Source: Meiothermus sp. (GTDB lineage Bacteria > Deinococcota > Deinococci > Deinococcales > Thermaceae). From it: DNA of 64,000 bases. The stretch lies in the NCBI GenBank assembly GCA_033762915.1, contig JANRLD010000042.1, positions 1 through 64,000 on the forward strand. Reading direction: 5' to 3'. The notes beneath the pieces are model-generated. The model made no database searches. It was given only the letters and a program-made list of their open reading frames with translations, and had not been told where the DNA came from. Position 1 is the stretch's first letter; each line of letters starts with the position of its first letter. A program made the position numbers and the translations under genes. Positions 56,201-64,000 of the stretch are shown piece by piece.

Positions 56201-58837
56201 GACGATAAGGCTGACCAGCACGAGAGCCGTCCACGGCCAAGATGAAGCCAGCGGTAGCGACCAGGCCACCAGCAGGGTCAAGAAGGCGGTGGGGGCCGAG
56301 AGGCTGCGGCGCAGGTTGTCCAGCATTTTCCAGCGTCCGATGGGCGGGATGGGGGCGCGGCGGGAGAACAACCAGGGCAGCAGTTGCCAGTCGCCCCGTA
56401 CCCAGCGGTGCTGGCGGGCCACACTAGCCTCGTAGCTGATCGGGAAGTCTTCGACCAACTCGATGTCGCTGACCAGGGCGGTGCGGGCCAACAGCCCCTC
56501 GAAGAGGTCGTGGGAGAGCAGGCTGTTCTCGGGCACGCGGCCCTCGAGCGACTGGCTAAACGCATCCACATCGTAGATACCCTTGCCGGTAAAGTTGCCC
56601 TCGCCAAACACATCCTGATAAATGTCCGAACTGGCCGAGGCATAGGGGTCGATCCCCGCTGGCCCAGAAAAAATGCGGCGGTAAACCGTGTCCTGGCTGG
56701 GCTCGGGCAGCGAGGGGGTGATGCGCGGTTGCAGGATGCCATAGCCCTCTACTACCCGCCTCGAGTGGGGGTCTAGCACAGGGCGGTTGAGCGGATGGGC
56801 CAGCGCCCCCACCAACCGCGCCGCCGTACCGCGTGGCAACTCGGTATCAGCATCCAGGGTAATCACAAACTGCACGCCCGGCGGCGCAGCGATCCCATTG
56901 GCCTGCATGGGAGTGTCTGCGCTGCTTTTAGCGTCCGGCATTCGGCGTTCGGTGTTCGGTAACTTCGACACGAAGTCCACAAAACTGGTGTCGCCCGCTC
57001 CACGCAGCAACCGGTTAAACTCCTCGAGCTTGCCCCGCTTGCGCTCCCAACCCATCCAACAGCCTTCCTTGGGGTTCCACAATCGCTGGCGCTGAAACAA
57101 CAAAAAGCGCGCGCTGCCATCGGGCATGGTTCCATGCTCGGTGTTGAGATGCTGAATGCCCTCGAGCGCGGCTTGTAAAAGTGGTTGATCCTCAGGCAAA
57201 GTTTGACTCGGCGCGTCCACCCAGTCGCTCAACAGGGCAAAGCGCAACTCGCCGTCGGGGTTGGCAAAGTAATGGGCCTCGAGCCTCGAGACTTGCTCTT
57301 CAATCTGGGCTTGGCTGGTCAGCAAAGTGGGAACCACCACCACCGTAGACAGGGCGGGCGGAATGCCCGCTTTGAGGTCGAGCTTGGGCAGCGGGCGGGG
57401 CGGAACCACTGCCAGCACGTAGCGGTTGACCAAGGCAATCGCCAAATCCGAGGCGGGAATTAAAGCCAACAGCCCAAGCAAAATCAGTTCGGGCAGCGCA
57501 GCCCCTTGGCGGACATCCAGCCACAACCCCAGCATCAAAATTGCGGCCGTTGCCAGCCCAATAGTTCCCAAATAGCCTGGCGCGGCAAAGGCCAGAAAAG
57601 CCCGCCTTAGCCAGCGCATCGGCGGGGCACGAAAACCCAACTCCTGCTCCAGCGCAGCCCGCCCCTGGTCCATTAAGTAAAAGCCTGGATCGGCCTGACG
57701 CGGTAGATTAAATAGATCAAGACTATGCTCAGACTGGGCCCGATGGTCTAAGATTGCTCGGGCCTTAACCGCCACCCGCCGGGCCACTTCGACCTCGGAA
57801 TGCCTCGAGCCCTTGGCCAACTCCTCAACCGAGTGGCGCAAGCGGTCACGGGTGGCAAAGTCCGAGGCCGCATAGATCGGGTTTTCGTCCAAGGCTTTCT
57901 CAACCAGGCTGACTTGGTTGAAGAAAAGCTCCCAGTCGTAGGCCGAGATGGCCCGCATGCTGTTGATGATGTTGCTGACCGAAACGTTGGCAGCGGCCTG
58001 ACGGGCGTGCTCGAGCGAAACGAGTTCGTCGGGGCTGGTGCCCCGCTTGGCCAAATAGTCCAACAGATGGGCAAAAATCGGACTGGCTACGGGGGTCTCG
58101 CGCAAGCGTTGCAGTAAGTGCACCACAAACGCCGAGGGCAAGGCCTCACTCTCAATCTGCCGGATGACCGCCTCGGGGTCGGGTACGGCGGCCTCGCTCA
58201 GAAAATGCTGGGCCAAGTCGGCCACATCCTGCCGGGCTTTTTGCCACTCCACCACCCACAACGCCAGCCGCCGCAGGTTTTCCACCAAGGCCAAGCGCAG
58301 GGCTATAGGGATAGCCCACAACTCACCCGTGCTCAGGTGCTGGTGACGCTGATAGGCGGCGATAAATTGCCCCAACACCTCGGGGTCGAAGCGGCTGTCG
58401 CTGTGGGCGATGTACTCCAGCGCCAGGGCGTAAACCCTCGGATAGCCTGCCTGCTGGCCCCCGACCAGCTTGGGCAGTTGGCGGTAGTAACTCTTGGGCA
58501 AATCCACCCGAATCCCCCGAATTTGCTCGTCGGTGACATAGTAATTGTCAATAATCCACTCAGCAGCCGGGGTGATGATTTGCCTTTCCCGCACCGCCGC
58601 ATTGATTATTTTGTAGGTTTGCAGAATAACTTGGGCGTTTTGCATCAAGCGGGGCAACAGCGGACGGCCCCGTGTGGGTTGGCGGGTTACGCTGTGGCTT
58701 TGCGCCAGTTCCTCGGCGTGTTGGCAGAGGTGTTCGGGGCTTAGCAGCCCATCCCCAATCGGATACTCGAGCTGTTCTTGACGCGACCAAGGAAGCCGAA
58801 TGAGGGCAGCCTTTCCCTTCAATTCAAATAGTCTCAT
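50252..58837 (-). CDS. ndvB: cyclic beta-1,2-glucan synthase (Cgs/NdvB/ChvB; GT84, cyclase and GH94-like domains)
   Basis: 2861 aa; WERKRGKL, TLDADT, SHDLFEG, RQHRWVRGDWQ, SWSGSMFEYLMP, GAYGFRDQLQD, GDWNDG, ENGGQYTH; GGAGG RBS. Confidence 0.93.
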   Translation of the reverse strand: MRLFELKGKAALIRLPWSRQEQLEYPIGDGLLSPEHLCQHAEELAQSHSVTRQPTRGRPLLPRLMQNAQVILQTYKIINAAVRERQIITPAAEWIIDNYYVTDEQIRGIRVDLPKSYYRQLPKLVGGQQAGYPRVYALALEYIAHSDSRFDPEVLGQFIAAYQRHQHLSTGELWAIPIALRLALVENLRRLALWVVEWQKARQDVADLAQHFLSEAAVPDPEAVIRQIESEALPSAFVVHLLQRLRETPVASPIFAHLLDYLAKRGTSPDELVSLEHARQAAANVSVSNIINSMRAISAYDWELFFNQVSLVEKALDENPIYAASDFATRDRLRHSVEELAKGSRHSEVEVARRVAVKARAILDHRAQSEHSLDLFNLPRQADPGFYLMDQGRAALEQELGFRAPPMRWLRRAFLAFAAPGYLGTIGLATAAILMLGLWLDVRQGAALPELILLGLLALIPASDLAIALVNRYVLAVVPPRPLPKLDLKAGIPPALSTVVVVPTLLTSQAQIEEQVSRLEAHYFANPDGELRFALLSDWVDAPSQTLPEDQPLLQAALEGIQHLNTEHGTMPDGSARFLLFQRQRLWNPKEGCWMGWERKRGKLEEFNRLLRGAGDTSFVDFVSKLPNTERRMPDAKSSADTPMQANGIAAPPGVQFVITLDADTELPRGTAARLVGALAHPLNRPVLDPHSRRVVEGYGILQPRITPSLPEPSQDTVYRRIFSGPAGIDPYASASSDIYQDVFGEGNFTGKGIYDVDAFSQSLEGRVPENSLLSHDLFEGLLARTALVSDIELVEDFPISYEASVARQHRWVRGDWQLLPWLFSRRAPIPPIGRWKMLDNLRRSLSAPTAFLTLLVAWSLPLASSWPWTALVLVSLIVPPLIPALSGLVPRRPGISRRVYVGRIAQGFGLAATEVGLALTLLAHQAWLILDAIGRTLLRLIRQKRMLEWRTAAQTATQTDTGPSGFYRRMYGGPVLALVAGFGVVMGQTGGWMMALPFLLIWLLSPLVARWISLPQPAALPKPLGETDSLTLRQIARRTWHFFEVFVGPEDHHLPPDNFQEDPKPLVAHRTSPTNIGLYLLSIISARDFGWIGLDETLERLEASLNTLGRLEKFRGQLYNWYDTRDLRVLEPRYVSSVDSGNLAGHLIALQQALPELAQVSPDRFSALEGLRDGLSLVVQAAEAVAERSRGTVTKKQLLQTLSELAAQLEQPAAWGAILDEAEALAASALDISQTLLAEGALSEGAELLEWSQALLGNLRSHQRDLRLLPAEQTLRIAALSKQLAPLVDAMGFDFLYDPSRKLFSIGYDVRGHRLDPNCYDLLASESRLTSFVAIARGEVPTGHWFRLGRTLTPAERSAALVSWSGSMFEYLMPALVMHSPNGSLLEQTYRTVVARQISYGRERGVPWGVSESAMNSRDREMTYQYSAFGLPGLGLKRGLADELVIAPYATALAAMVDPLAAVRNFALLASLGASSRYGFYDALDYTARRLPEGQAFALVRNHMAHHQGMLLVALGNVLLGSPMQRRFYRDVRIRATATLLHERAGVDAPVARPPSVEVSAAVHVREMVPVVSRRFTQARQRQPQTHLLSNGRYQVMLSAAGSGYSRWKGLAVTRWREDATCDDWGSYIYLRDVRSGLLWSATAQPTLLEPTLYEAQFYEERARFFRREGDIASTLQVLVSPEDDAEIRRVALRNYSEFPKELELASYAEVVLAPPSADAAHPAFSKLFVKTEFIPELGALLATRRPRSADEAPLWAAQVICVEGTPVGALQFETDRSRFLGRGPGVHAPAALMDSRPFAGTSGNVLDPIFSLRVRVRLEPGEVARVGFTTLIAPSRAEALVLADKYRNPAAFERIQTLAWTDSRVELRYLGIESGEAALFQELTGHLIFPSRALRGSLEAMTRNHLGQPVLWRHGISGDLPIVLVRIAELGERELVRQIMRAFQYWRRKRLAVDLVILDEEPASYASALQAELRDLQRVSQPPAETDGILGDVFMLQVGLLSSDELEQLQSVARVVLSSAKGTLAEQLSALRPARTPPATSRLPKTLSRSRDEHLPMPKLEFFNGLGGFSPDGREYVIGLSEGQWTPAPWVNVVANEGFGFLVSESGGGYNWASNSRENKLTPWSNDPVTDPVGEAWYLRDEDSGELWSPTARPIRSESGVYLTHHGQGYSRFEHSHQGIYSDLTQFVPLHDPLKISRLRLENRSGKPRRITLSSYTQWVLGVSKEVSAAHTVTEMDPSQALLAWNPWSPEFANRVAFADLRGKQQRWTCDRTEFVGRGGTLQRPQGVEPGARLSGKAGAALDPCAVLQTALELAPGESAEVVLLLGQGESRAAAQQLIQQYRSANIEQKLDEVRAFWDSTLGMVQVHTPDRALDLMLNRWLLYQNLSSRIWARSGFYQAGGAYGFRDQLQDGMALTLAQPEQTRRHLLRAAAHQFPEGDVQHWWHPPSGRGVRTHISDDLLWLPYTTTHYLEASGDAAVLDETVPFLEGQPIPEGQEDGYFEPRISEQSATLYEHCARALERSLALGPHGLPLIGGGDWNDGLNRVGQHGKGESVWLAWFLHTNLWEWAKIAESRGEKARAKSWRSHVRKLKHALESEAWDGDWYLRAFFDDGTPLGSSLNSECRIDAIAQSWAVLSGAGAPDRASKAMKAVEQHLLQRENSLMLLFTPPFEHTPQDPGYIKGYPAGVRENGGQYTHAAVWSAMAFAALGDGDTAGELLSILNPVNQATTRAGVHRYKVEPYVMAADIYAVAPHIGRGGWTWYTGSAGWMYRAGLEWLLGFRVRKQRLYLDPCIPKTWREYSIRFQYHSAVYEVQVENPKGVCKGVALLELDSTSLNPSEGIGLVDDGRVRRVRVVLG

Positions 58838-59149
58838 CTGCCGACCTCCTGGGGATTCGACCTCGAGTTCAAGCTAAGGGGTTGTAGTTACAATAGCATT
58901 ACTGTGGGTTTAGGTTAGTGATGGGGGTTGCCGCCGTGGGCGGGTCAAGACTGCGGTAGCAGTCGAACACGGCCTCGAAGCTACTGTTGCTCCTTGTTAC
59001 GAACCCAGGTACGAACCCAGTATCAGACCTGTGCCAGCCCCAAAGAAGCGACGCCTTAAGCGCGGATCTTCTGCCTGCTGGGGGTCGTCGCGGTGGACTC
59101 ATTCCGACGGCAGCCGGGCTGCTGACGGCTACTGGTTAGCTTCTCCTGG

Positions 59150-59296
59150 TGGCTGTTTGCCCATAGCGATAGTTGTGGCTGGAACGACGTTGCTCACAGT
59201 TATGCCAAGACCCACGAGTAAGGTCATGGGCGCATCGAGACCCGCGAATGCTGGGTACTCAGCAACCTCGACATCCTCGATGACACGGCTGCGTGG
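59150..59296 (+). mobile_element. ISAs1-family transposase fragment
   Basis: WLF...AHSYAKTHE*GHGRIETRECWV...W: the GHGRIExR motif with an in-frame TAA at 59219. Confidence 0.75.
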
Positions 59297-59305
59297 GAAC
59301 CGCTC

Positions 59306-59693
59306 TCAGAGGAGGGCGGTTAGCTCGAGCAGTCCGTCGAGGTGGAAGGTGGGCGGACCTGAGGAAAGCGGGTGGACCCCGTTGCCGGTCTTAAGCAGTA
59401 CCGACCACAGGTTGGCGGCCTTGGCGGCCTCAATATCGGTAGCCCAAGTATCCCCGACCATGACCACCTGTCCCGCCGTTAAGCCCCGGCGCCCCGGGGC
59501 CAGCCGCACGATGTAGGGGTTGGGCTTGCCCACAACAGCGGCCGTCTTGCCGCTGGCGTACTCGAGGTAGCGAACCAGCGGGCCGGTCTCAGGCAGCGCG
59601 CCCTGTGGGGTGGGGAGCAGTGCGTCGGGGTTGGTGGCCACCAATTCCGCCCCCGCCAGCAGCAGAGCGCCCATCAGCGCTAAGCGTCTCCAT
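59306..59693 (-). pseudogene. 5'-truncated HAD-IIA (NagD-like) phosphatase
   Basis: ATNPD, GKPNP and MVGDTWATDI are present; N-terminal DxDG motif I is absent. Confidence 0.8.
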
Positions 59694-59876
59694 AGTTGCA
59701 ATGCGAACTATCGCTCGCCAACTCCCGAAGGGAATTGCGCCCCGGGTAGCCGCTCCGTGGCTATGGCGCACGCCACTCCGCCCCGGGTAGCCGCCCTCCG
59801 GCTATGGCGCACGCCACTCCGCCCAGGCACGCATTTGTCGCTTCCGCTGATTCTGCACTTCTACCCTGGCGCAACT
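59694..59876 (+). repeat. family B element with an internal 41-bp tandem duplication (59738-59819)
   Basis: AGTTGCAATGCG...GGGAATTGCGCCCCGGGTAGCC...TACCCTGGCGCAACT|TAG. Confidence 0.75.
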
Positions 59877-60165
59877 TAGAACCCTCATGCTGGGTCTGTT
59901 GTGCCTACGCGCCTCCGTGGAAGTAAAAAGTTAACAGAACTGGCTTGACTTCCGAAAAAAATCTACAGACCCAGTATCAGGAGTGCGTCAGCCCCGTGCG
60001 GGAGTCGGCTGATACACAGATTTCTGCGTGCCAGAGAAGTTTTTTTCGAAACATCCTGGCTCTGGTCCTGCGGTTGACACTGTGCTGACGGCTACTCTTT
60101 AGCTTCCGGATGCAACACGACGCCCCCCTCTTCACAAAAGCCAACCGCCCGAACAGGAGACCCCC

Positions 60166-61011
60166 ATGAGTCAAGTCTTGACCTTTGTCCATTTAACCGA
60201 TCTACACATCACCGACCCCGCCCAGCCCGACGACCACCTCCACTCCGACACCGCCACCACGCTGGAGATGGTGAAGGCGCGCATCGCCAAACTCGAGCCA
60301 AAACCCGACTTCATCCTGGTCAGCGGCGACCTCACCAACCACGGCAGCCCCGAGAGCTTCAAAGCGCTCAAGGGCCACCTCGACGGCCTTCCCGCCCCCG
60401 TGCTGCTGGCCCTGGGCAACCACGACAAGCGCGGCCCCTTCCACCAGGTCATGCGCGACCAGTCCTCCGAGGCCCCCTACTTCTACAGCCAGAGCTTCGG
60501 GCACCTCAAGGTGATCGTGCTGGACTCCAGCGCCCCCGCCAAGGTCGACGGCTCGATCGAACCCGAGCAGTTCGAGTGGCTCGAGGCCGAGCTGGCCCAA
60601 GACCCCACCCAGCCGAAGATCATCGTGATCCACCATCCTCCCTGCCGCATCAACCTCTCGATCTTCGACCACATCACCTTCAGGCCCGAGGATGCGGCCA
60701 GGCTGGGCGACCTCCTGCAAGGCCAGAACGTGCTGGGCATCTTCTCAGGCCACGTCCACTTCGACCGCTTCGCGCTGTGGAACGGCATCCCTTGCGTCAT
60801 CGGGGCGGGCCTACACAACCTCACCGACGTGACCAACAACGACGGCATTCGCGCCACCAGCGGCGGCTCCTTCAACCTATGCCGCGTGGAGGGCCACGAC
60901 CTCACCGTGACCATCGTCCCGCTGGCCTCCGGGCAGGAAGAGCTGCACCACATCGGGATGGACGTGCTGCGCAAGTACATGGACAAGCTCGAGTCGCAGG
61001 CCGCGGACTGA
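60166..61011 (+). CDS. metallophosphoesterase (CpdA/GpdQ-like)
   Basis: DLH, GD, GNHD, HHPP, GHVH. Confidence 0.92.
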   Translation: MSQVLTFVHLTDLHITDPAQPDDHLHSDTATTLEMVKARIAKLEPKPDFILVSGDLTNHGSPESFKALKGHLDGLPAPVLLALGNHDKRGPFHQVMRDQSSEAPYFYSQSFGHLKVIVLDSSAPAKVDGSIEPEQFEWLEAELAQDPTQPKIIVIHHPPCRINLSIFDHITFRPEDAARLGDLLQGQNVLGIFSGHVHFDRFALWNGIPCVIGAGLHNLTDVTNNDGIRATSGGSFNLCRVEGHDLTVTIVPLASGQEELHHIGMDVLRKYMDKLESQAAD

Positions 61012-61198
61012 GAAGGGTAAAGGTGGTCAAGGGCGTTGAAGGGGGCGAAGCAAAAGGGCGGTGAGGGCAAAACCCCAGAGAAGGGGGACTCCCCGTCCGG
61101 TGACGAAAGTCCACACCGCTGCGACCGAGTTGCCGCAACTGCCGCGAGAAACGCCAGACCTCAAACCCGCAAAACCGTCGAAACACCGGGGGAGAACG

Positions 61199-62503
61199 AT
61201 GAAACCATTGACTGCACTAATCACAGCCCTGGCCCTTACGGCCCCGCTGGCCGGCGCGCAGACCCAAGGCGGTAAGCTACCGCCCCTTCCCAAGGACGCC
61301 AGGGTCACCATCACCTTCTACAACTACAACCTGGCCTCGGCGGGCATCGGAGCAGAAGGCACCAGGCAGCTCATCGCCGAGTTCGAGGCGCTGTACCCCA
61401 ACATCAAGGTCGAGGGCGTGGCCTCGCCGTCCAACGAGATCATCGCCCGCCTCCAGGCCGACGTGGTGGCGCGGCGCACCCCCGACGTGGCCCAGATCGT
61501 CTTTGCCGACATGGAGTTCGCGATCAAGAATCTGGGGGTGAAGGCCCTCGAGGACTTGGTCCCCGAGCGCGAGCTGGCCGCGCACTTCGTGGGTATGCAC
61601 CCGCGCGGTCGCGCCCTGGGCCTTCTGGAGGGCAAGACCTGGGGAATACCCTATGTGTTTAGCACCCCGGTGCTGTTCTACAACGCCGATCTCTTCCGCC
61701 AGGCGGGCCTCGACCCCAACCGCCCGCCGCGCACCTGGGCCGAGGTCAAGACCTACGCCCTGCAGATCCGCAACCGCACCCAGAAGGCGGGCTTCTTCCC
61801 TGCCGTCTACAGCCCCTTCGACTGGATGTGGCAGTCCTTCGCACTGTCCTTCGGCGGGCGGGTGATGACCCAGGACCGCAAGCAGCTCACCTTCGCCGGG
61901 GAAGGCGGGTTGAGCGCGGTGCGGATGTTGCGCGACCTGGTGGACAGCGGCGCACACCCCAACATCACCGCCGCCGACGCGCAGGCCGCGATGGCCGCTG
62001 GGAACCTGGGCATGTACCTCCAGACCAGCGCGCTGCAGAACTTCCTGCTCAACTCGGCCAGGGGTAAGTACGACCTGCGCTCTGCTCAGATGCCGGGCAC
62101 CAGCCCCGGCAGGCTCTCGGTCCCAGTCAACTCGGGCAGCGGAGTCTTCCTGATGAGCAACGATCCCCTCAAGCAGCGCGCGGGCTGGGAGCTGATCAAG
62201 TTCCTCACCTCCAACCGTGGCTACACCATCATCACCAGCAAAATCGGCTACGTCCCCCTGCGCGACGAGGCCGTGAAGGGTGAGCAGTTTCTGGCCCCCT
62301 GGCTGCGCGAGAACCCCATCGTGAGCCCGAATATCGAGCAACTCAACCGGCTCTCGCCTTGGGTGCCGATCCCTGGCCAGAACTACCGGCAGATCACCAA
62401 GTTGATGATGGATGCGGTGGAGCAGGCGGTGCTCGGCAAGGACGACCCCGCGAAGGTGCTGCGCGACGCACAGGAGCGGGCACAGGCGCTGATGCCGAGG
62501 TAG
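61199..62503 (+). CDS. ABC substrate-binding protein (UgpB-like, CUT1)
   Basis: Signal peptide; P...STPVLFYNADLF..AGLDP..PP.TW. Confidence 0.9.
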   Translation: MKPLTALITALALTAPLAGAQTQGGKLPPLPKDARVTITFYNYNLASAGIGAEGTRQLIAEFEALYPNIKVEGVASPSNEIIARLQADVVARRTPDVAQIVFADMEFAIKNLGVKALEDLVPERELAAHFVGMHPRGRALGLLEGKTWGIPYVFSTPVLFYNADLFRQAGLDPNRPPRTWAEVKTYALQIRNRTQKAGFFPAVYSPFDWMWQSFALSFGGRVMTQDRKQLTFAGEGGLSAVRMLRDLVDSGAHPNITAADAQAAMAAGNLGMYLQTSALQNFLLNSARGKYDLRSAQMPGTSPGRLSVPVNSGSGVFLMSNDPLKQRAGWELIKFLTSNRGYTIITSKIGYVPLRDEAVKGEQFLAPWLRENPIVSPNIEQLNRLSPWVPIPGQNYRQITKLMMDAVEQAVLGKDDPAKVLRDAQERAQALMPR

Positions 62504-62618
62504 GGCGAGAGGGGGAGGGGAGAGGGAAGAGGGAAGAGGGAAGGGTTAGATTTCTGCGCCTCTGCTTCCCTCATCCATCCTCCCTCGTTCCCTCTTCTTT
62601 TGACCTCGAGGAACACCC

Positions 62619-63557
62619 ATGAACCCTTCCATCCCCAAAGCCCTAAGCAAATCTACGCCCGCACGGCGGCGTGGGTTTAAGTGGGACTCGCTCACGCCTT
62701 ATCTGTACCTTTTGCCGGCGCTGCTGACGATCGGGGTTTGGGTGTATGTGCCGGTGGCGCAGACCCTCGAGCTGTCGTTTTACCAGTGGAACCTGCTCCC
62801 CACCGCGCCCAAGGTGTTCGTGGGTTGGGAGAACTACGCCCAGCTTGTAAGCCTTCCCGAGGTGCGCCAGGCGCTGTGGAACACGCTGATCTACACGGTG
62901 GGGCTGCTGCCGCTGGCGGTGGTCATTCCGCTGGCAGTGGCCATCCTGACCGAGAACATCCAAGGCCGTGCCCGCAACGCCTACCGGGTGCTGATCTTCG
63001 TGCCGATGATCATGGCCCCGGTGGTGGTCTCGATCATCTGGCGCTGGCTGCTGAACCCCTTGCAGGGCGTGTTCAACCTGTGGCTGCAAGGGCTGGGCTT
63101 CGGGGCCATCAACTTCCTGCGCGACGAGAGCTGGGCCATCTGGACGATCATCTTCATCACCGGCTGGAAGCTGATCGGCTTCTCGACGCTGATCTTCTCG
63201 GCGGCAATTGCCAACGTGGATCGGAGTTATCTCGAGGCCGCCCGCCTCGACGGCGCGAGCGAGTGGCAGATCGTCCGCCGGGTCACCCTGCCCCTGATCT
63301 CCTCAACGGTGTTGTTCATCTCCATGCTCACGGTGCTGCTCTCGGCCCAGTGGAGCTTCGTCTACATCAACGTGCTGACCCAGGGCGGCCCCCGCAACGC
63401 CACCACCAACATCTACCACCTGCTCTGGGAGTACGGCTTCGGCTCTTTTGCCATCGGCTGGAGTTCGGCCGCTGCCATCCTCCTCTTCGTCGGCTTCGGG
63501 CTGCTGGCGTGGGGTTGCCTGCGGCTAATTCGGAAGTACGCGGTCTATGAGACCTGA
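62619..63557 (+). CDS. ABC permease (UgpA-like)
   Basis: FVGWENY; LEAARLDGA. Confidence 0.92.
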   Translation: MNPSIPKALSKSTPARRRGFKWDSLTPYLYLLPALLTIGVWVYVPVAQTLELSFYQWNLLPTAPKVFVGWENYAQLVSLPEVRQALWNTLIYTVGLLPLAVVIPLAVAILTENIQGRARNAYRVLIFVPMIMAPVVVSIIWRWLLNPLQGVFNLWLQGLGFGAINFLRDESWAIWTIIFITGWKLIGFSTLIFSAAIANVDRSYLEAARLDGASEWQIVRRVTLPLISSTVLFISMLTVLLSAQWSFVYINVLTQGGPRNATTNIYHLLWEYGFGSFAIGWSSAAAILLFVGFGLLAWGCLRLIRKYAVYET

Positions 63558-63613
63558 CCCGTTCTTCGCGGAGGCGGCGCTCGTGTGCCCCCCGTGTCGG
63601 CGCCGGACCCTTA

Positions 63614-63717
63614 CAGCGGTTCCCACCATTAAGCCTCACGCGGTGATGCGCTGAAGCGGGCGTAATGTACCCTGCACATCCGAGTTTCTGCGTGCGTGGT
63701 ATTCGTGGGAACCGCTG
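63614..63717 (+). mobile_element. MITE-like family A subtype 2 with perfect 13-bp TIRs
   Basis: TTA|CAGCGGTTCCCAC...GTGGGAACCGCTG|TTA. Confidence 0.85.
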
Positions 63718-63863
63718 TTAGTTGGGGAGGAAGATCGAGTTCGACTGGGCCAGGCGGTTTGTTGTGCCGCTTAGCGCCACAGGGCGAGCACACTTGCATC
63801 GCCCTGCCACAGGTGTTCTTCGCGCCGGCGCACTCTTTGCCGGAGCTCGTTGGAAAGGCAGAC

Positions 63864-64000
63864 ATGACTTCTAAACCGAACCTCGAGCCGCCCCCCAGGC
63901 CCCGCCGGAGTTGGCTGGACTTGCTCCCTGGGCACACGTTGCTGATTGCGCTGAGCTTCCTGGCGGTGTTCCCCGTTTACTGGATGGTAGTCACGTCGCT
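63864..64000 (+). CDS. ABC permease (UgpE-like), runs off the window edge
   Basis: MTSKPN...HTLLIALSFLAVFPVYWMVVTS. Confidence 0.8.
   Translation, partial: MTSKPNLEPPPRPRRSWLDLLPGHTLLIALSFLAVFPVYWMVVTS

Noticed and set aside
59738..59819. 41-bp direct repeats as a mini-CRISPR
   Set aside because: Two abutting copies with no spacer, inside a family B element; no cas genes

Overview
GC-rich bacterial chromosome segment, most likely Thermaceae (Meiothermus/Calidithermus-like). The basis is a two-OB-fold Ssb inside rpsF-ssb-rpsR-rplI, a Cys-free S18 and pervasive CTCGAG. In order, the window contains: (1) the ribosomal protein operon. (2) An Lrp-linked cluster with an M20 deacylase, a Liv-type ABC transporter, a glutamine-synthetase-like ligase, an amidohydrolase and an N-formylglutamate amidohydrolase (a split FluG/NodGS-like arrangement). 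(3) Housekeeping and accessory genes: VOC, NAT, M42 peptidase, dynamin-like GTPase, acyl-CoA ligase, trpF and pduO. (4) A Lys/Ala/Pro histone-H1-like gene behind a 1.1 kb gene-free region that carries two NrdR-box-like sites. (5) A Tat-type molybdoenzyme pair. (6) A LacI sugar regulon with three copies of a perfect operator and several orphan enzymes. (7) tRNA-Val(CAC) followed by a decayed island: integrase stub, multi-PAS kinase, a 2861-aa cyclic beta-1,2-glucan synthase and several gene relics. (8) A phosphoesterase/ABC operon. The intergenic DNA is dense with at least two MITE-like families, GTAG-type REP-like hairpins and heptamer tandem runs. These co-locate and often abut stop codons. 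No CRISPR array or rRNA was seen. All assignments come from reading motifs by eye; no searches were run.
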